64,000 nucleotides of DNA from Chrysomallon squamiferum. Taxonomy: Eukaryota; Animalia; Mollusca. Within the stretch, counting starts at the first letter, position 1. The number at the start of each line of letters is the position of its first letter. The position numbers were made by a program, and so were the translations under genes. Shown here one piece after another: positions 31,360 to 44,433 of the stretch. The notes below the pieces were generated by a model, which was not told the origin of the DNA, ran no database searches, and saw only the letters and a program-made list of their open reading frames with translations. Where the stretch lies: the NCBI GenBank assembly GCA_012295275.1, contig CM022670.1, positions 18,166,001 through 18,230,000 of the forward strand. Reading direction: 5' to 3'.

Positions 31360-31730
31360 TTTCATTAAATAAAATATTCATAAAAAACAACCATTAATGT
31401 TTTTTTTTATGTTTTACAACAATGTTTTACAACCATGAATCACAACTCATAAAAACATAAATATTTTTAACATTTATTTGAAATAAATTCACAACAATTC
31501 TGAACTCTTAAATTATAGTAATTTAAAATCCAGTCCTTCCAACAATAATAATAATCATATATTTTCATTAAATAAAATATTCACAGAAACCTACCATTAA
31601 CGTTTTTTATGCTTTACAACCATGAAGCACAACTCATAAAAACAAGTTTAATAACATTTATTTGAAATAAATTGACAACAATTCAGAATTCTTGAATTAT
31701 AGTAATTTAGAATTTAGTCCTTCCAATAGT
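31360..31730. repeat. ~200-bp tandem duplication between the convergent ATPAF1 and PITHD1 3' ends
   Basis: 31360-31550 and 31563-31730 share TTTCATTAAATAAAATATTCA...ACAACCATGAA.CACAACTCATAAAAACA...ACATTTATTTGAAATAAATT...AGTCCTTCCAA. Confidence 0.85.
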
Positions 31731-31956
31731 AATAATAATAATAATAATGAAAGTAACAACATTAGTGTCAGAAGAAAGAAGATAATCAAGATACATGCTT
31801 ATGATCTTAATACAAAATCCAGTTATGAAAATAGCACTTGATGATATATCACAAAATTGCACCACGTTATTGTTATACCACTAAAAATGATTAATCAACT
31901 GATAGACAAACAAATACTGGTATAACAGTGATTTTGCTGTGTTCTTGTTTGTTTTT

Positions 31957-34900
31957 TTACTTGATGATGTGGCCAACACCGTCCAATATGTTTGTTTTGT
32001 GGTCAGCAAGGTTAGCCCGAGCTTCATAAGCACAAATGGTTACTTCGTGTCGATGGGCCTGAAATTAAAATATTAATTATTATAATTTTATAACAGAATT
32101 TTCAGTTAATACAATTAAATAAAGAAGGATAATGTAAAGAAATTTTGTAACACAAAAATGCTCACAAAACATACTGTGAGTACTGACTTCATAAAATTTA
32201 CATTTTCTCTTAACATGTCAACTTCTTTAAATACAGGTATGTTACAACCTGTTTTGGAATAACCTAAATACTTTTACAGAAATGAAACAAAAGTTTATCA
32301 GTAATGTGATATAATATATATTTCACAAATATTACAATTAATTGCCAGTATCTGAATGTTAATAAATGTATTTAGTAAATTTTATTTTTCAATATTATTT
32401 TCAGTAAGAATAAAGAAAACAGACGGCAAATCTCTTATCATTTATACTGCTTGAAGATATTTAACCTGATGTGAGGTATCTGGACCAGCAGACAGTTCAG
32501 AAATTAATTAAACTGGTCAATGACAAAAGAAGAAGAAAACAGAACTGGACAATTATCTGAAACAACCTCTGATGACTTCACATAATTTCACTATTTAACT
32601 GTATCTATTTAACTATTTACGACAGTACAAGTAAATAATAATGAATGCTTTATAATATATGAATCTACCTCCATGAAATCTCCTCTTAGACCTATGTAGT
32701 AAACAAGAGTGCTGTCATTGCCAAAGTTTCCAGGAAAATATATGGATAGGTGTTCAACATTGTTGAATCTGGCAACTCTGAAAAGATAATAATAATGTCG
32801 AAAGAAAAATTTAAACTTTTATTATAATCTGTTTGCCTAAATCATTCTTTCAATAACAAAACAATTAGCTTTTATTGTTAATAACATAATACAATTGCAA
32901 TCATTGTTTTTAATTTTATTACAAAAACCTTTCTGTCTTGACATATTTTCTTAAAACTTTTCAACATTATTTAAGTTTTATTTATTGTATTTATTTTTAT
33001 TACTTGATTAGCCTGAAAACAGGTTATAGTAAAAAAAAAAGTAAAATAGAAATGGTTCTATTGCAAACATTATCCATCCTAAATGCTGAAGAATATACCA
33101 GTCATGGCTGTAATTTCAAAAATAAAGAATATAAATGGCTAGAACAGGATTTTGTGTTTTTCACATTGGAGCTTCTGGGTGTCTTAGGCAGCCCTGAGAC
33201 CCCTCACCAAACTGTTTTGGAGCGGGGGCTCCATGATCAAGTGTTTTTGCCTATCTCAAAAAGAGTCTAGTTACAGCCATGCCAGTAATAACAGTTTATG
33301 CTAGTACAACATACTTTGTGGAATATTCTAACATTCCTTGTGGGTCAGGAAACAATTCAAATTCTTGTTCTGGCTCCATCCCAACATCATCAAATGACAT
33401 ATTTGGTTTGTTTTTAAATCTGAAATAATTTCATGACAATTTAATGTCTTTATTTAAAATGGTACAATATGAATTTTCCAGTGCTAAAACAATGCTGAAG
33501 ATATTATTTATTTTCTTTTATTTATCATATCTGAAACAAAGCAACAATTTTAAATATTTATTGAAGTAAGTAAAGCCTTAAGATATTTTACAATTGTTAT
33601 TGTTATTCACTAGTTAACAGAGAAAATTGTTGTAGGGTTCATTTTTCTCATTAAAAAATGTATGTTTTCATAATAAAATAATACTGACTATTATTTGAAG
33701 CATTTTGGACAGATGCTTAGCCTTTTCTAATATTTTGAAATGACATAAAACAGCTAAATTTTAGTGAGAGTTACGAAATCAGCTTACAACTTCATTCGTG
33801 ATGGGTGACTATCATCTTGACCGCCAATGATTATTACACCTTTCAGTTTTACAACTCCAGTAAAGCTAAAACAGTGAGTAATAATGCATTATTAAGATTT
33901 ACCAGTACTTCTGAAATATTAAGTTTTATTTTCAAAGCTTAACAAACTGTAATCAATTATAAAGTTTGAGAAAAAAATGCTTTAAAAATAGATAGATGTT
34001 TCTTTCAGTGAAGCAGAATTTACCACATTTCCCTTTTATTAGATTTGTTAAAATAAAGGTTAAGAAAAAGTATTTAAACTAATCCAGTATTAAAAGATAT
34101 ATGAACATACATACGGAATATTAAAAAGTAACTCTTCATCAGCATCACTTTCAACAAACTGAAAAATATGTGTGTCCTATTCTGTTAAAAGTATTATTAT
34201 TAAAACAATTTCAACATTATTCTACTTTTAAGATTTATGTTAATTAAAAATGTTATTTCATTATTTGAATCAGAAAGAGTGGCAGACAAAGTTACATTTT
34301 ATTATATTTGCCAATAATATGTAAACTTGCAGTTTAGACATGACCAGTTCATCAAAATATAATTTTTGTCTCTTTAGTAAAATAACTTACTTGCATTTTC
34401 TGGTGATTTTTGAAGTAAATATAATTTTGTTATCATTCATTACTCAATAACATCAGACAGCTAACTTCTAATTAATACTGCACATGGTGGAGTCAAAGAC
34501 TCAAAATGTAAATGTAATTTGTATATGAAGAAAACCCTACTTATTTAAGTATTTTGGATCTTAAATGAAAAGCAGTACTTAAAATACAAAGGGATATATC
34601 TGTAAACTGTTTTCTGTTTATTTGCTCTTGTAAACATTTAACAACCTAGTTTTGTAAAGACTAGAAAGTAATTAATTTTTGTATAATTATATAACACAAA
34701 TGGATCCAACATTAATGCCTTAGTATCAAAATTATTCAGAATTGAATCCAACAGCAGAATATTTTGACGACCATGTAGAAAATGTATTCTAGTGAAAAGA
34801 AAAAAACAAACAAAAACATGCTGCAGGAAATGTGAGAAATAATATTAACATCAATTATCTTGATGAACACATTATTGACAAAAGCAGTGCTTCTCAGTCT

Positions 34901-35752
34901 TGGTTAGCCTAAGGTAAGTTTAATGGCTTAACATTCAGCTTATGAAATTGACTAAAGTCACATTTTCTCTTTTCAACAACAGAAACAAAAATACAGCGAA
35001 TTCTGACTACAGACTAGTCAATGATCTGCTTGATTTATTTAATATATTTAAATGATGTATGTCAATCTCATCCAGGATAATTATTATCATTTAAAAAAAG
35101 GTTTGAGAAAACTGAAGTTAAATACTTATTATTAGCATCTTTTAATTATTCAACGTACTATAGTGACAATAGTCAGAGCCATTATACATCATCTGTTTCA
35201 ACATTTGTACATCAAAAATCCATTTATTATTATTATTGTTGTTGTTAGCTCACAGTATATTAATTATACTATTATTACACATATTAACTACAATAGATTA
35301 GAGTCTGTAATTATTACATATAATTATAATACAATATTAGTAACTAACTGAGGCCAAGTACTATTACTACTAGTGCTAGTAATAGCAGTACAGAGTACTA
35401 CTTTTGTTATTATTACGTTTACTATTAGTATTACTAGTATTACTATTAGTATTAATATTACGTTTACTATTAGTATTACTAGTGTTACTATTAGTATTAA
35501 TATTATTATGTACTAAAATTAGTATTACTACTTCACCTCATCTTTTTGAAGACGTTGATCCCATGGTTTGAAAACGGTTTTGCCAGAATCATCAACAACT
35601 TCATTCAAACACTGAACTCTATCAAAATCTATTTTCGAGTATAGACTATACTGTGCAATTCTTTCCGAATCTGGAACGTCTTCAATCCCGTTGTGACTAT
35701 GTCCACTGCAGTTGTGGCTGTGACCATGACCATCATCTCCATGTCCTGACAT
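31957..35752 (-). CDS. PITHD1: PITH domain-containing protein 1, 217 aa
   Basis: Exons 35537-35752, 34115-34158, 33788-33865, 33315-33419, 32669-32777, 31957-32058 (654 nt). Motifs: SLYSKIDFDRVQCLNE, VFKPWDQR, FVESDADEELLFNIPFTGVVKLKGVIIIGG, HPSRMKLFKN, YYIGLRGDFMEAHRHEVTICAYEARANLADHK. Confidence 0.95.
33103..33281. mobile_element. Small non-autonomous TIR element in a PITHD1 intron
   Basis: Inverted ends CATGGCTGTAAT ... GTTACAGCCATG, flanked by the direct repeat CCAGT (33098-33102, 33282-33286). The interior is GC-richer than the intron. Confidence 0.6.
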
Positions 35753-36767
35753 TTCGTATACAGTGTCTAAGAAAAACGACTGACACTCTATAAAATAATC
35801 TTAATTTCGTATCAGATGAAGAAATATCTACTTCGTAGACGATCTAATTTCTAACCACAAACAAAACCATGACGTTTTATAAAAAGTTACGTCCCTTGTT
35901 AATTTACTTCCGTTTGAGGCAACAATCTCTAACTGGGGTATTTCCCAAACGAAACAGAAGGCCAGTAATGAAATTAATTTTAATTCCATGTCATATTTAG
36001 TGTGCAAAGTAAATTAATATTCTAACTGATCCTAATATATGTTGTGTTTGTTTCATAGACTGTGTACAAAATAATATATATTAACAGTAACAATACATTT
36101 GTAATTACGGTACGTGCGCGCGCGAATAAAAAAAATAACATTAGCATGATTAGGGCAACAACACCCGCATTTAAAAAAAGAAAAGCAATGTGTGTATGAT
36201 TAAATATTTTATACGTGGGGGTGTATTGTTTGTTGGTATTAGTTATGGTTTTAAAACTTGTTTGTTTGTAATCACGATGTCTGTTCTAATATAATTATCA
36301 TGTAAAAATCGATTGTTCCATCTACTCAGATAATTCGAGTATTTTCTTTTCGTTTCTTTTTCTTTCTTTCGTCGCTGTTGTTCATTTATAGTACATTATA
36401 AATGATGTTTTGTTCAGACTGACAAATGTTGCGAGCAGAAACCATGGTTCGTGGTATGTATAAAATACGAACACACACGTACACAGATTCACACACAATT
36501 AAATCAATAATAACCGGATCCAAGCAAATTTCATTGCCCCCATTTTATTCCTCTTTAAACCATTCATTAAAAATGTGATAAAACCAGCATCTGTTAATTC
36601 GAAAAACCTTTCTTTTTACTGTTATAAATGTATAAACGTCACGACTAAAAAATGTCGTTAGAAAATAAAACAGGATAGCAAAAATTAAATAAAAATAATA
36701 TATTTAAATTACTTCTTTAATTCACCACAGATACAATTTAATTTGCATTGTTAATCTCTAATACTGT

Positions 36768-37467
36768 TCAGTCGTCGTAATCATAATCGAATGCAATCGG
36801 TACATTTCTTTTTTCTTTTTTCTTTCCACGGCCACATGGTAATCCTTTCTTGCAACGTTCACAAAGATCAGCTCGATGTGGTTTTTTAGGATCATTGTGT
36901 CGTTTCTCCTTTTCAGCCCAGTCGCAAATACATTCCTGCTCACCACATCGTTTGCAGACAAGAGGTTCTACACGATAAGGCAAACAGCTTGTACCACAGT
37001 TTTTGCAGTCCTGATGAAATTTTGGCTGTAAAGTTAAAACTTAGACTGATATATTTGACTCTTAAAATCTCATTTTTAAATATTATTTTGTATTTTGTTT
37101 TATGTATATAAAACAATGGTTTAAAACTACTTTCATATTTTAACTTAATAATAAATTCATTATGGTATGAATAGTAATATTAACAGTAGTAGTAGTGATG
37201 TTACATATACACGTACTTTCAAACTTGCATATAAATAAAGACGTACACACATGCATAAACACACGTTCATGTACACATATATTAATATAATCTCGAAATC
37301 GTTTCACGTTATATATATAAAAAATATATTAAATGATTAAAATAAAATAATTGTAGAATACATACTGTAAGTTTTCCTAAAACTCTTGAACAGTAGACAT
37401 GTGAACTTTCCCATAGTTGTTTGCATTTTCGACAACGAAAAAATCCATAGCACGGCTTAGACGACAT
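36768..37467 (-). CDS. ZAR1-like stand-alone 3CxxC zinc-binding domain protein, copy 1 (119 aa, intact)
   Basis: Exons 37366-37467 and 36768-37025 with a phase-0 GT-AG intron: MSSKPCYGFFRCRKCKQLWESSHVYCSRVLGKLT|PKFHQDCKNCGTSCLPYRVEPLVCKRCGEQECICDWAEKEKRHNDPKKPHRADLCERCKKGLPCGRGKKKEKRNVPIAFDYDYDD. This matches the ZAR1 C-terminal pattern YGxxxCxxC..WES..VxC..QxCxxC....PYRVE...CxxC....CxC...RHxDPKxPHRxDLCxRCK. Confidence 0.88.
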
Positions 37468-37798
37468 TCTTGATCAGTTTTTAAATATCCTTCTTTTCAG
37501 TAGATTCTGTTCGTTAATATGTCAACTGGTCAAATATTCTCGATAATTCTAAAGTTTAAAAAATTCTTAGAATCAAAAATGAAACAACAATTTACCTTAA
37601 AGGTTGTAAACGAACACGCCTTTTCTATGAAAAGTATAAAATAGCCGGTAATGAAAGTAGGTTTTTTCTTTTTCCTTTTTTTATTTACTGATGAAATCAT
37701 TTTCTATTTTCGGCGTTACGTAATACAAACATGACCATTTTACTTTAAGTTACTTTCAAAATGTAAATATTGTTTTCTAGGCTTCTTATTTCATTTAC

Positions 37799-37843
<45 letters not shown>

Positions 37844-38514
37844 AAAAAATCACTCTTTTTTATATATTATCTAACAGAACACGTGTTTTTCTAATGCTAA
37901 GGCTCACATGGGGCCCTTTTGTTTCCAGGCCGAAAGCACAAACCATTGCACCAAACAGTTTTGTTACTCATTGTTTTATTGTTCACCTATCTGATATTCA
38001 AGGGAAATGAATATGAATGTAATACTTTTATAAAACTGCAGTGAGCTGGACAGAGTATAATTTTGCTAGAAAACTGAACTTGATGTTAATAATAATAATA
38101 GATAGATAGATAGATAGATAGATAGACATACAGACACGACAATCGCAAAACACAAAATGAGAAAGGAGAATACAACCAAATATTTGTATTCTGACGAACT
38201 GAGAAACAAATACATGCTGAAATAATAGACAGTATTCATGTTCATATACGTTAATGTATTGTATCTGTCACATCTGAATGTGTCACATTTGAATGTGCTT
38301 AGCAAAAAGAAAATAATTCTTTTTCCATTTTTTTTTTTTTTCTATTCGTGGGGAGGTATTTATTTTTCTTTTGTGGATTTTGTGGGTATCATCGTTTTTC
38401 TTTAATTCGAGTGTATTCCAGTTTAGGAAATGTTATATAATATACTGTAACTCTCAGGACCTTGTAATCTAATTCATATTCAATAATTTCGTGAATATTC
38501 GTGTTACTTTTTTA

Positions 38515-39035
38515 AATTCGTTCTAAAGACTGCTTTTAAGGTCTTTTCATCATCCGAGCTGTTTCCACCATGAATCACTGGCACACGGATGTAACGAAAT
38601 TAGTCACTATTTGGCTCAATACTTTGTTTATGAAACCCGTTTTCTTTTCTGTTTTTTTTTTTCTTTTGTGGAATCACTATTGTTAGTGTGTTCTGAAGAC
38701 CTAGAACCAAGGGAAGCAATTCTGCCTCTTCTTGATCTGGAAGGAGAGAAATAACTCGATGGATAACTCTTTTGGTAGGAATTATTAAAGTATTTGATAC
38801 CGCAAGAATTTAATCGTTTGAAAGTTTGTTTTTAGGAATCGGAGCAAAGAATTCATGATTTGTCATACTGATTACTGGTGGAAAAGTTTCATTCACTGTT
38901 CATTTTCTGACATAGAATGTTCTTTGGCTTTCTTAAGCAAAGCTATTTTGAGGTCATATTCTTCTAAACTCATCCTGAGAGTGGTTACCTTTCTTAAATC
39001 TCGACATGCCTTTTTTACGTCTTCTGTTAACCTCT
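38515..39035 (-). pseudogene. 5'-truncated, frameshifted copy of the 50740-51477 orphan gene
   Basis: Colinear with 50740-51272 but with indels and stops, and no start codon. Confidence 0.8.
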
Positions 39036-39500
39036 GTTAAGATATTTCAATCGCCAGTGTTTTTCATTTATTGCAAATTATCCTTCCCATAATGTTGTTT
39101 TATTCATGCTGGCAAATGCTGGTTCTTGGTATGTATAAAATACGAACATACACACGTTCACAAACACACACAATTAAACCAATAAGCGGTTCCAAGCACA
39201 ATTTTACTGCTCACAGTTTATTCCTCTGTTAAACTATTCATTAATCTGATAAAACCTGCAGCTGTAAATTCCAAAAGCCTATTTTTTTACCCTGTTATGA
39301 GTGTATAAACGTCTCGACTAAAAAACTTCGATAGTAAATAAAACAACAGCAAAAAGCTAATAAAACAAAACAATACATTTAAAATATTCCTTTATTTCAC
39401 CATAGGTAGACTTTAATCTGCAGTTTTAATTTGTACTGTTAATTTGTACAGTTGTTCAATCCTGTTAATCAATAGTGACTGTAATCTGTAGTATGCTGCA

Positions 39501-40150
39501 CTATTTAAGGCCACATGGCAATCCTTTCTTGCAACGTTCACAAAGATCAGCTCGATGTGGTTTTTAGGATCATTGTGTCGTTTCTTCTTTTCAGCCCTGT
39601 CGCAAACAATTCCTGCTCACCACATCGTGTGCAGACAAGAGGTTCTACACGATAAGGCAAACAGCTTGTACCACAGTTTTTGCAGTCCTGGCGATATTTT
39701 GCCTGTAAAGTTAAAACTTAGACTGATATATTTGACTCTTAAAATCTCATTTTTAAATATTATTTTGTATTTTGTTTTATGTATATAAAACAAATAATGG
39801 TTTAAAACTACTTTCATATTTTAACTTAATAATAAATTCATTATGGTATGAATAGTAATATTAACAGTAGTAGTAGTGATGTTACATATACACGTACTTT
39901 CAAACTTGCATATAAATAAAGACGTACACACATGCATAAATACACGTTCATGTACACATATATATATAATATATAATCTCGAAATCGTTTCACGTTATAC
40001 ATATAAAAAATATATTAAATGATTAAAATAAAATAATTGTAGAATACATACTGTAAGTTTTCCGGAAACTCTTGAACAGTAGACATGTGAACTTTCCCAT
40101 AGTTGGTTGCATTTTGAACAACGAAAAAATCCATAGCAAACGAAGGACAT
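39501..40150 (-). pseudogene. ZAR1-like copy 2 (frameshifted as assembled)
   Basis: Exon 40052-40150 is intact (MSFVCYGFFRCSKCNQLWESSHVYCSRVSGKLT). Exon 39501-39702 is 2 nt shorter than in copy 3, from 1-nt deletions near 39608 and in the T-run near 39561. These could be sequencing errors. Confidence 0.7.
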
Positions 40151-40481
40151 TCTTGATCAGTTTTTAAATATCCTTCTTCTCAGTAGATTCTGTTCGTTAA
40201 TATGTCAACTGGTCAAATATTCTCGATAATTCTAAAGTTTAAAAAATTCTTAGAATCAAAAATGAAACAACAATTTACCTTAAAGGTTGTAAACGAACAC
40301 GCCTTTTCTATGAAAAGTATAAAATAGCCGGTAATGAAAGTAGGTTTTTTCTTTTTCCTTTTTTTATTTACTGATGAAATCATTTTCTATTTTCGGCGTT
40401 ACGTAATACAAACATGACCATTTTACTTTAAGTTACTTTCAAAATGTAAATATTGTTTTCTAGGCTTCTTATTTCATTTAC

Positions 40482-40523
<42 letters not shown>

Positions 40524-41189
40524 AAAAATCACTCTTTTTTATATATTATCTAACAGAACACGTGTTTTTCTAATGCTAAGGCTCACATGGGGCCCTTTTG
40601 TTTCCAGGCCGAAAGCACAAACCATTGCACCAAATAGTTTTGTTACTCATTGTTTTATTGTTCACCTATCTGATATTCAAGGGAAATGAATATGAATGTA
40701 ATACTTTTATAAAACTGCAGTGAGCTGGACAGAGTATAATTTTGCTAGAAAACTGAACTTGATGTTAATAATAATAATAATAGATAGATAGATAGATAGA
40801 CATACAGACACGACAATCGCAAAACACAAAATGAGAAAGGAGAATACAACCAAATATTTGTATTCTGTCGAACTGAGAAGCAAATACATGCTGAAATAAT
40901 AGACAGTATTTATGTTCATATACGTTAATGTATTGTATCTGTCACATCTGAATGTGTCACATTTGAATGTGCTTAGCAAAAAGAAAATAATTCTTTTTCC
41001 ATTTTTTTTTGTTTTCTATTCGTGGGGAGGTATTTATTTTTCTTTTGTGGATTTTGTGGGTATCATCGTTTTTCTTTAATTCGAGTGTATTCCAGTTTAG
41101 GAAATGTTATATAATATACTGTAACTCTCAGGACCTTGTAATCTAATTCATATTCAATAATTTCGTGAATATTCGTGTTACTTTTTTAA

Positions 41190-41712
41190 ATTCGTTCTAA
41201 AGACTGCTTTTAAGGTCTTTTCATCATCCGAGCTGTTTCCACCATGAATCACTGGCACACAGGTGTAACGAAATTAGTCACTATTTGGCTCAATACTTTG
41301 TTTATGAAACCCGTTTTTTTTTTGTTTTGTTTTTTCTGTTTTTTGTGGTATCACTATTGCTAGTGTGTTCTGAAGACCTAGAACCAAGGGAAGCAATACT
41401 GCCTCTTCTTGACCTGGAAGGAGAGAAATAACTCGATGGATAACTCTTTTGGTAGGAATTATTAAAATGTTTGATACCACAAGAATTTAATCGTTTGAAA
41501 GTTTGTTTTTAGGAATCGGAGCAAAGAATTCATGATTTGTCATACTGATTACTGGTGGAAAAGTTTCATTCACTGTTCATTTTCTGACATAGAATGTTCT
41601 TTGGCTTTCTTAAGCAAAGCTATTTTGAGGTCAAATTCTTCTAAACTCATCTTGAGAGTGGTTACCTTTTGTTAAATCTCGACATGCCTTTTTTATGTCT
41701 TCTGTTAACCTC
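41190..41712 (-). pseudogene. 5'-truncated copy of the 50740-51477 orphan gene
   Basis: Near-identical to 38515-39035 and homologous to 50740-51272. Confidence 0.8.
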
Positions 41713-42199
41713 TGTTAAGATATTTCAGTCGCCAGTGTTTCACATTTATTGCAAATTATCCTTCCCACAATGTTGTTTTATTCATGCTGGCAAATGCTGC
41801 GAGCAGAAAGCACGGTTCTTGGTATGTATAAAATACGAACATACACACGTACACAAACACTCACACACAATTAAACCTATAAGCGGTTCCAAGCACAATT
41901 TTACTGCTCACAGTTTATTCCTCTGTTAAACCATTCATTAACCTGATAAAACCTGCAGCTGTAAATTCCAAAAGCCTATTTTCTTACCCTGCTATGAGTG
42001 TATAAACGTCTCGACTAAAAAACTTCGATAGTAAATAAAACTGAAAAGCAAAAAGCTAATAAAACAAAACAATAAATTTAAAATATTCCTTTATTTCACC
42101 ATAGGTAGACTTTAATCTGCAGTGTTAATTTGTACTGTTAATTTGTACAGTTGTTCAGTCCTATTAATCAATAGTGACTGTGATCTGTAGTATGCTGCA

Positions 42200-42848
42200 C
42201 TATTTAAGGCAACATGGCAATCCTTTCTTGCAACGTTCACAAAGATCAGCTCGATGTGGTTTTTTAGGATCATTGTGTCGTTTCTTCTTTTCAGCCCTGT
42301 CGCAAATACATTCCTGCTCACCACATCGTGTGCAGACAAGAGGTTCTACACGATAAGGCAAACAGCTTGTACCACAGTTTTTGCAGTCCTGGCGATATTT
42401 TGGCTGTAAAGTTAAAACTTAGACTGATATATTTGACTCTTAAAATCTCATTTTTAAATATTATTTTGTATTTTGTTTTATGTATATAAAACAAATAATG
42501 GTTTAAAACTACTTTCATATTTTAACTTAATAATAAATTCATTATGGTATGAATAGTAATATTAACAGTAGTAGTAGTGATGTTACATATACACGTACTT
42601 TCAAACTTGCATATAAATAAAGACGTACACACATGCATAAATACACGTTCATGTACACATATATATTAATATAATCTCGAAATCGTTTCACGTTATACAT
42701 ATAAAAAATATATTAAATGATTAAAATAAAATAATTGTAGAATACATACTGTAAGTTTTCCGGAAACTCTTGAACAGTAGACATGTGAACTTTCCCATAG
42801 TTGGTTGCATTTTGAACAACGAAAAAATCCATAGCAAACGAAGGACAT
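42200..42848 (-). CDS. ZAR1-like stand-alone 3CxxC zinc-binding domain protein, copy 3 (100 aa, intact)
   Basis: Exons 42750-42848 and 42200-42403: MSFVCYGFFRCSKCNQLWESSHVYCSRVSGKLT|PKYRQDCKNCGTSCLPYRVEPLVCTRCGEQECICDRAEKKKRHNDPKKPHRADLCERCKKGLPCCLK*. An AATAAA lies about 105 nt after the stop. Confidence 0.88.
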
Positions 42849-43180
42849 TCTTGATCAGTTTTTAAATATCCTTCTTCTCAGTAGATTCTGTTCGTTAATA
42901 TGTCAACTGGTCAAATATTCTCGATAATTCTAAAGTTTAAAAAATTCTTAGAATCAAAAATGAAACAACAATTTACCTTAAAGGTTGTAAACGAACACGC
43001 CTTTTCTATGAAAAGTATAAAATAGCCGGTAATGAAAGTAGGTTTTTTCTTTTTCCTTTTTTTATTTACTGATGAAATCATTTTCTATTTTCGGCGTTAC
43101 GTAATACAAACATGACCATTTTACTTTAAGTTACTTTCAAAATGTAAATATTATTTTTCTAGGCTTCTTATTTCATTTAC

Positions 43181-43222
<42 letters not shown>

Positions 43223-43889
43223 AAAAATCACTCTTTTTTATATATTATCTAACAGAACACGTGTTTTTCTAATGCTAAGGCTCACATGGGGCCCTTTTGT
43301 TTCCAGGCCGAAAGCACAAACCATTGCACCAAATAGTTTTGTTACTCATTGTTTTATTGTTCACCTATCTGATATTCAAGGGAAATGAATATGAATGTAA
43401 TACTTTTATAAAACTGCAGTGAGCTGGACAGAGTATAATTTTGCTAGAAAACTGAACTTGATGTTAATAATAATAATAATAGATAGATAGATAGATAGAC
43501 ATACAGACACGACAATCGCAAAACACAAAATGAGAAAGGAGAATACAACCAAATATTTGTATTCTGACGAACTGAGAAGCAAATACATGCTGAAATAATA
43601 GACAGTATTCATGTTCATATACGTTAATGTATTGTATCTGTCACATCTGAATGTGTCACATTTGAATGTGCTTAGCAAAAAGAAAATAATTCTTTTTCCA
43701 TTTTTTTTTTTTTTCTATTCGTGGGGAGGTATTTATTTTTCTTTTGTGGATTTTGTGGGTATCATCGTTTTTCTTTAATTCGAGTGTATTCCAGTTTAGG
43801 AAATGTTATATAATATACTGTAACTCTCAGGACCTTGTAATCTAATTCATATTCAATAATTTCGTGAATATTCGTGTTACTTTTTTAAA

Positions 43890-44010
43890 TTCGTTCTAAA
43901 GACTGCTTTTAAGGTCTTTTCATCAACCGAGCTGTTTCCACCATGAATCACTGGCACACGGATGTAACGAAATTAGTCACTATTTGGCTCAATACTTTGT
44001 TTATGAAACC

Positions 44011-44042
<32 letters not shown>

Positions 44043-44190
44043 GTGGAATCACTATTGTTCGTGTGTTCTGACATAGAAGACCTATTTTAGAACCAAGGGA
44101 CCTTTCTTAAATTCTGCCCTCTTCTTAATCTGGAAGGAGAGAAATAACTCCCGATGGATAACTCTGGTTTTGGTAGGAATTATTAAAGTT
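43890..44190 (-). pseudogene. Truncated, garbled copy of the orphan gene 3' end
   Basis: Homologous to 38515-38790; the sequence becomes interleaved after ~44065. Confidence 0.6.
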
Positions 44191-44433
44191 AAACTATTCA
44201 TTTTGATACAGCTGTAAATTCCAAAAGCCTATTTTTTTACCCTGTTATGAGTGTATAAACGTCTCGACTAAAAAACTTCGATAGTAAATAAAACAACAGC
44301 AAAAGCTAATAAAACAAAACAATACATTTTAAAAATTTAATCTTTAATCTGCAGTTTTAAAGTTTGTTTTTTACAGGAATCCTGTTAATCAAAGAATCTG
44401 TAGTATGATTTGTCATGGCAATCCTTTCTTGAT

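Noticed and set aside
35690-35752. His-rich N-terminus of PITHD1 as a novelty
   Set aside because: A His/Gly/Cys-rich N-terminus is usual in PITHD1 orthologues.
38066-43678. Repeated ORFs MLSTFKCDTFRCDRY... and MKVVLNHYLFY...
   Set aside because: They recur only because the unit is duplicated. They start at non-ATG or intronic codons, include microsatellite sequence, or are off-frame readings of the ZAR1-like exon.
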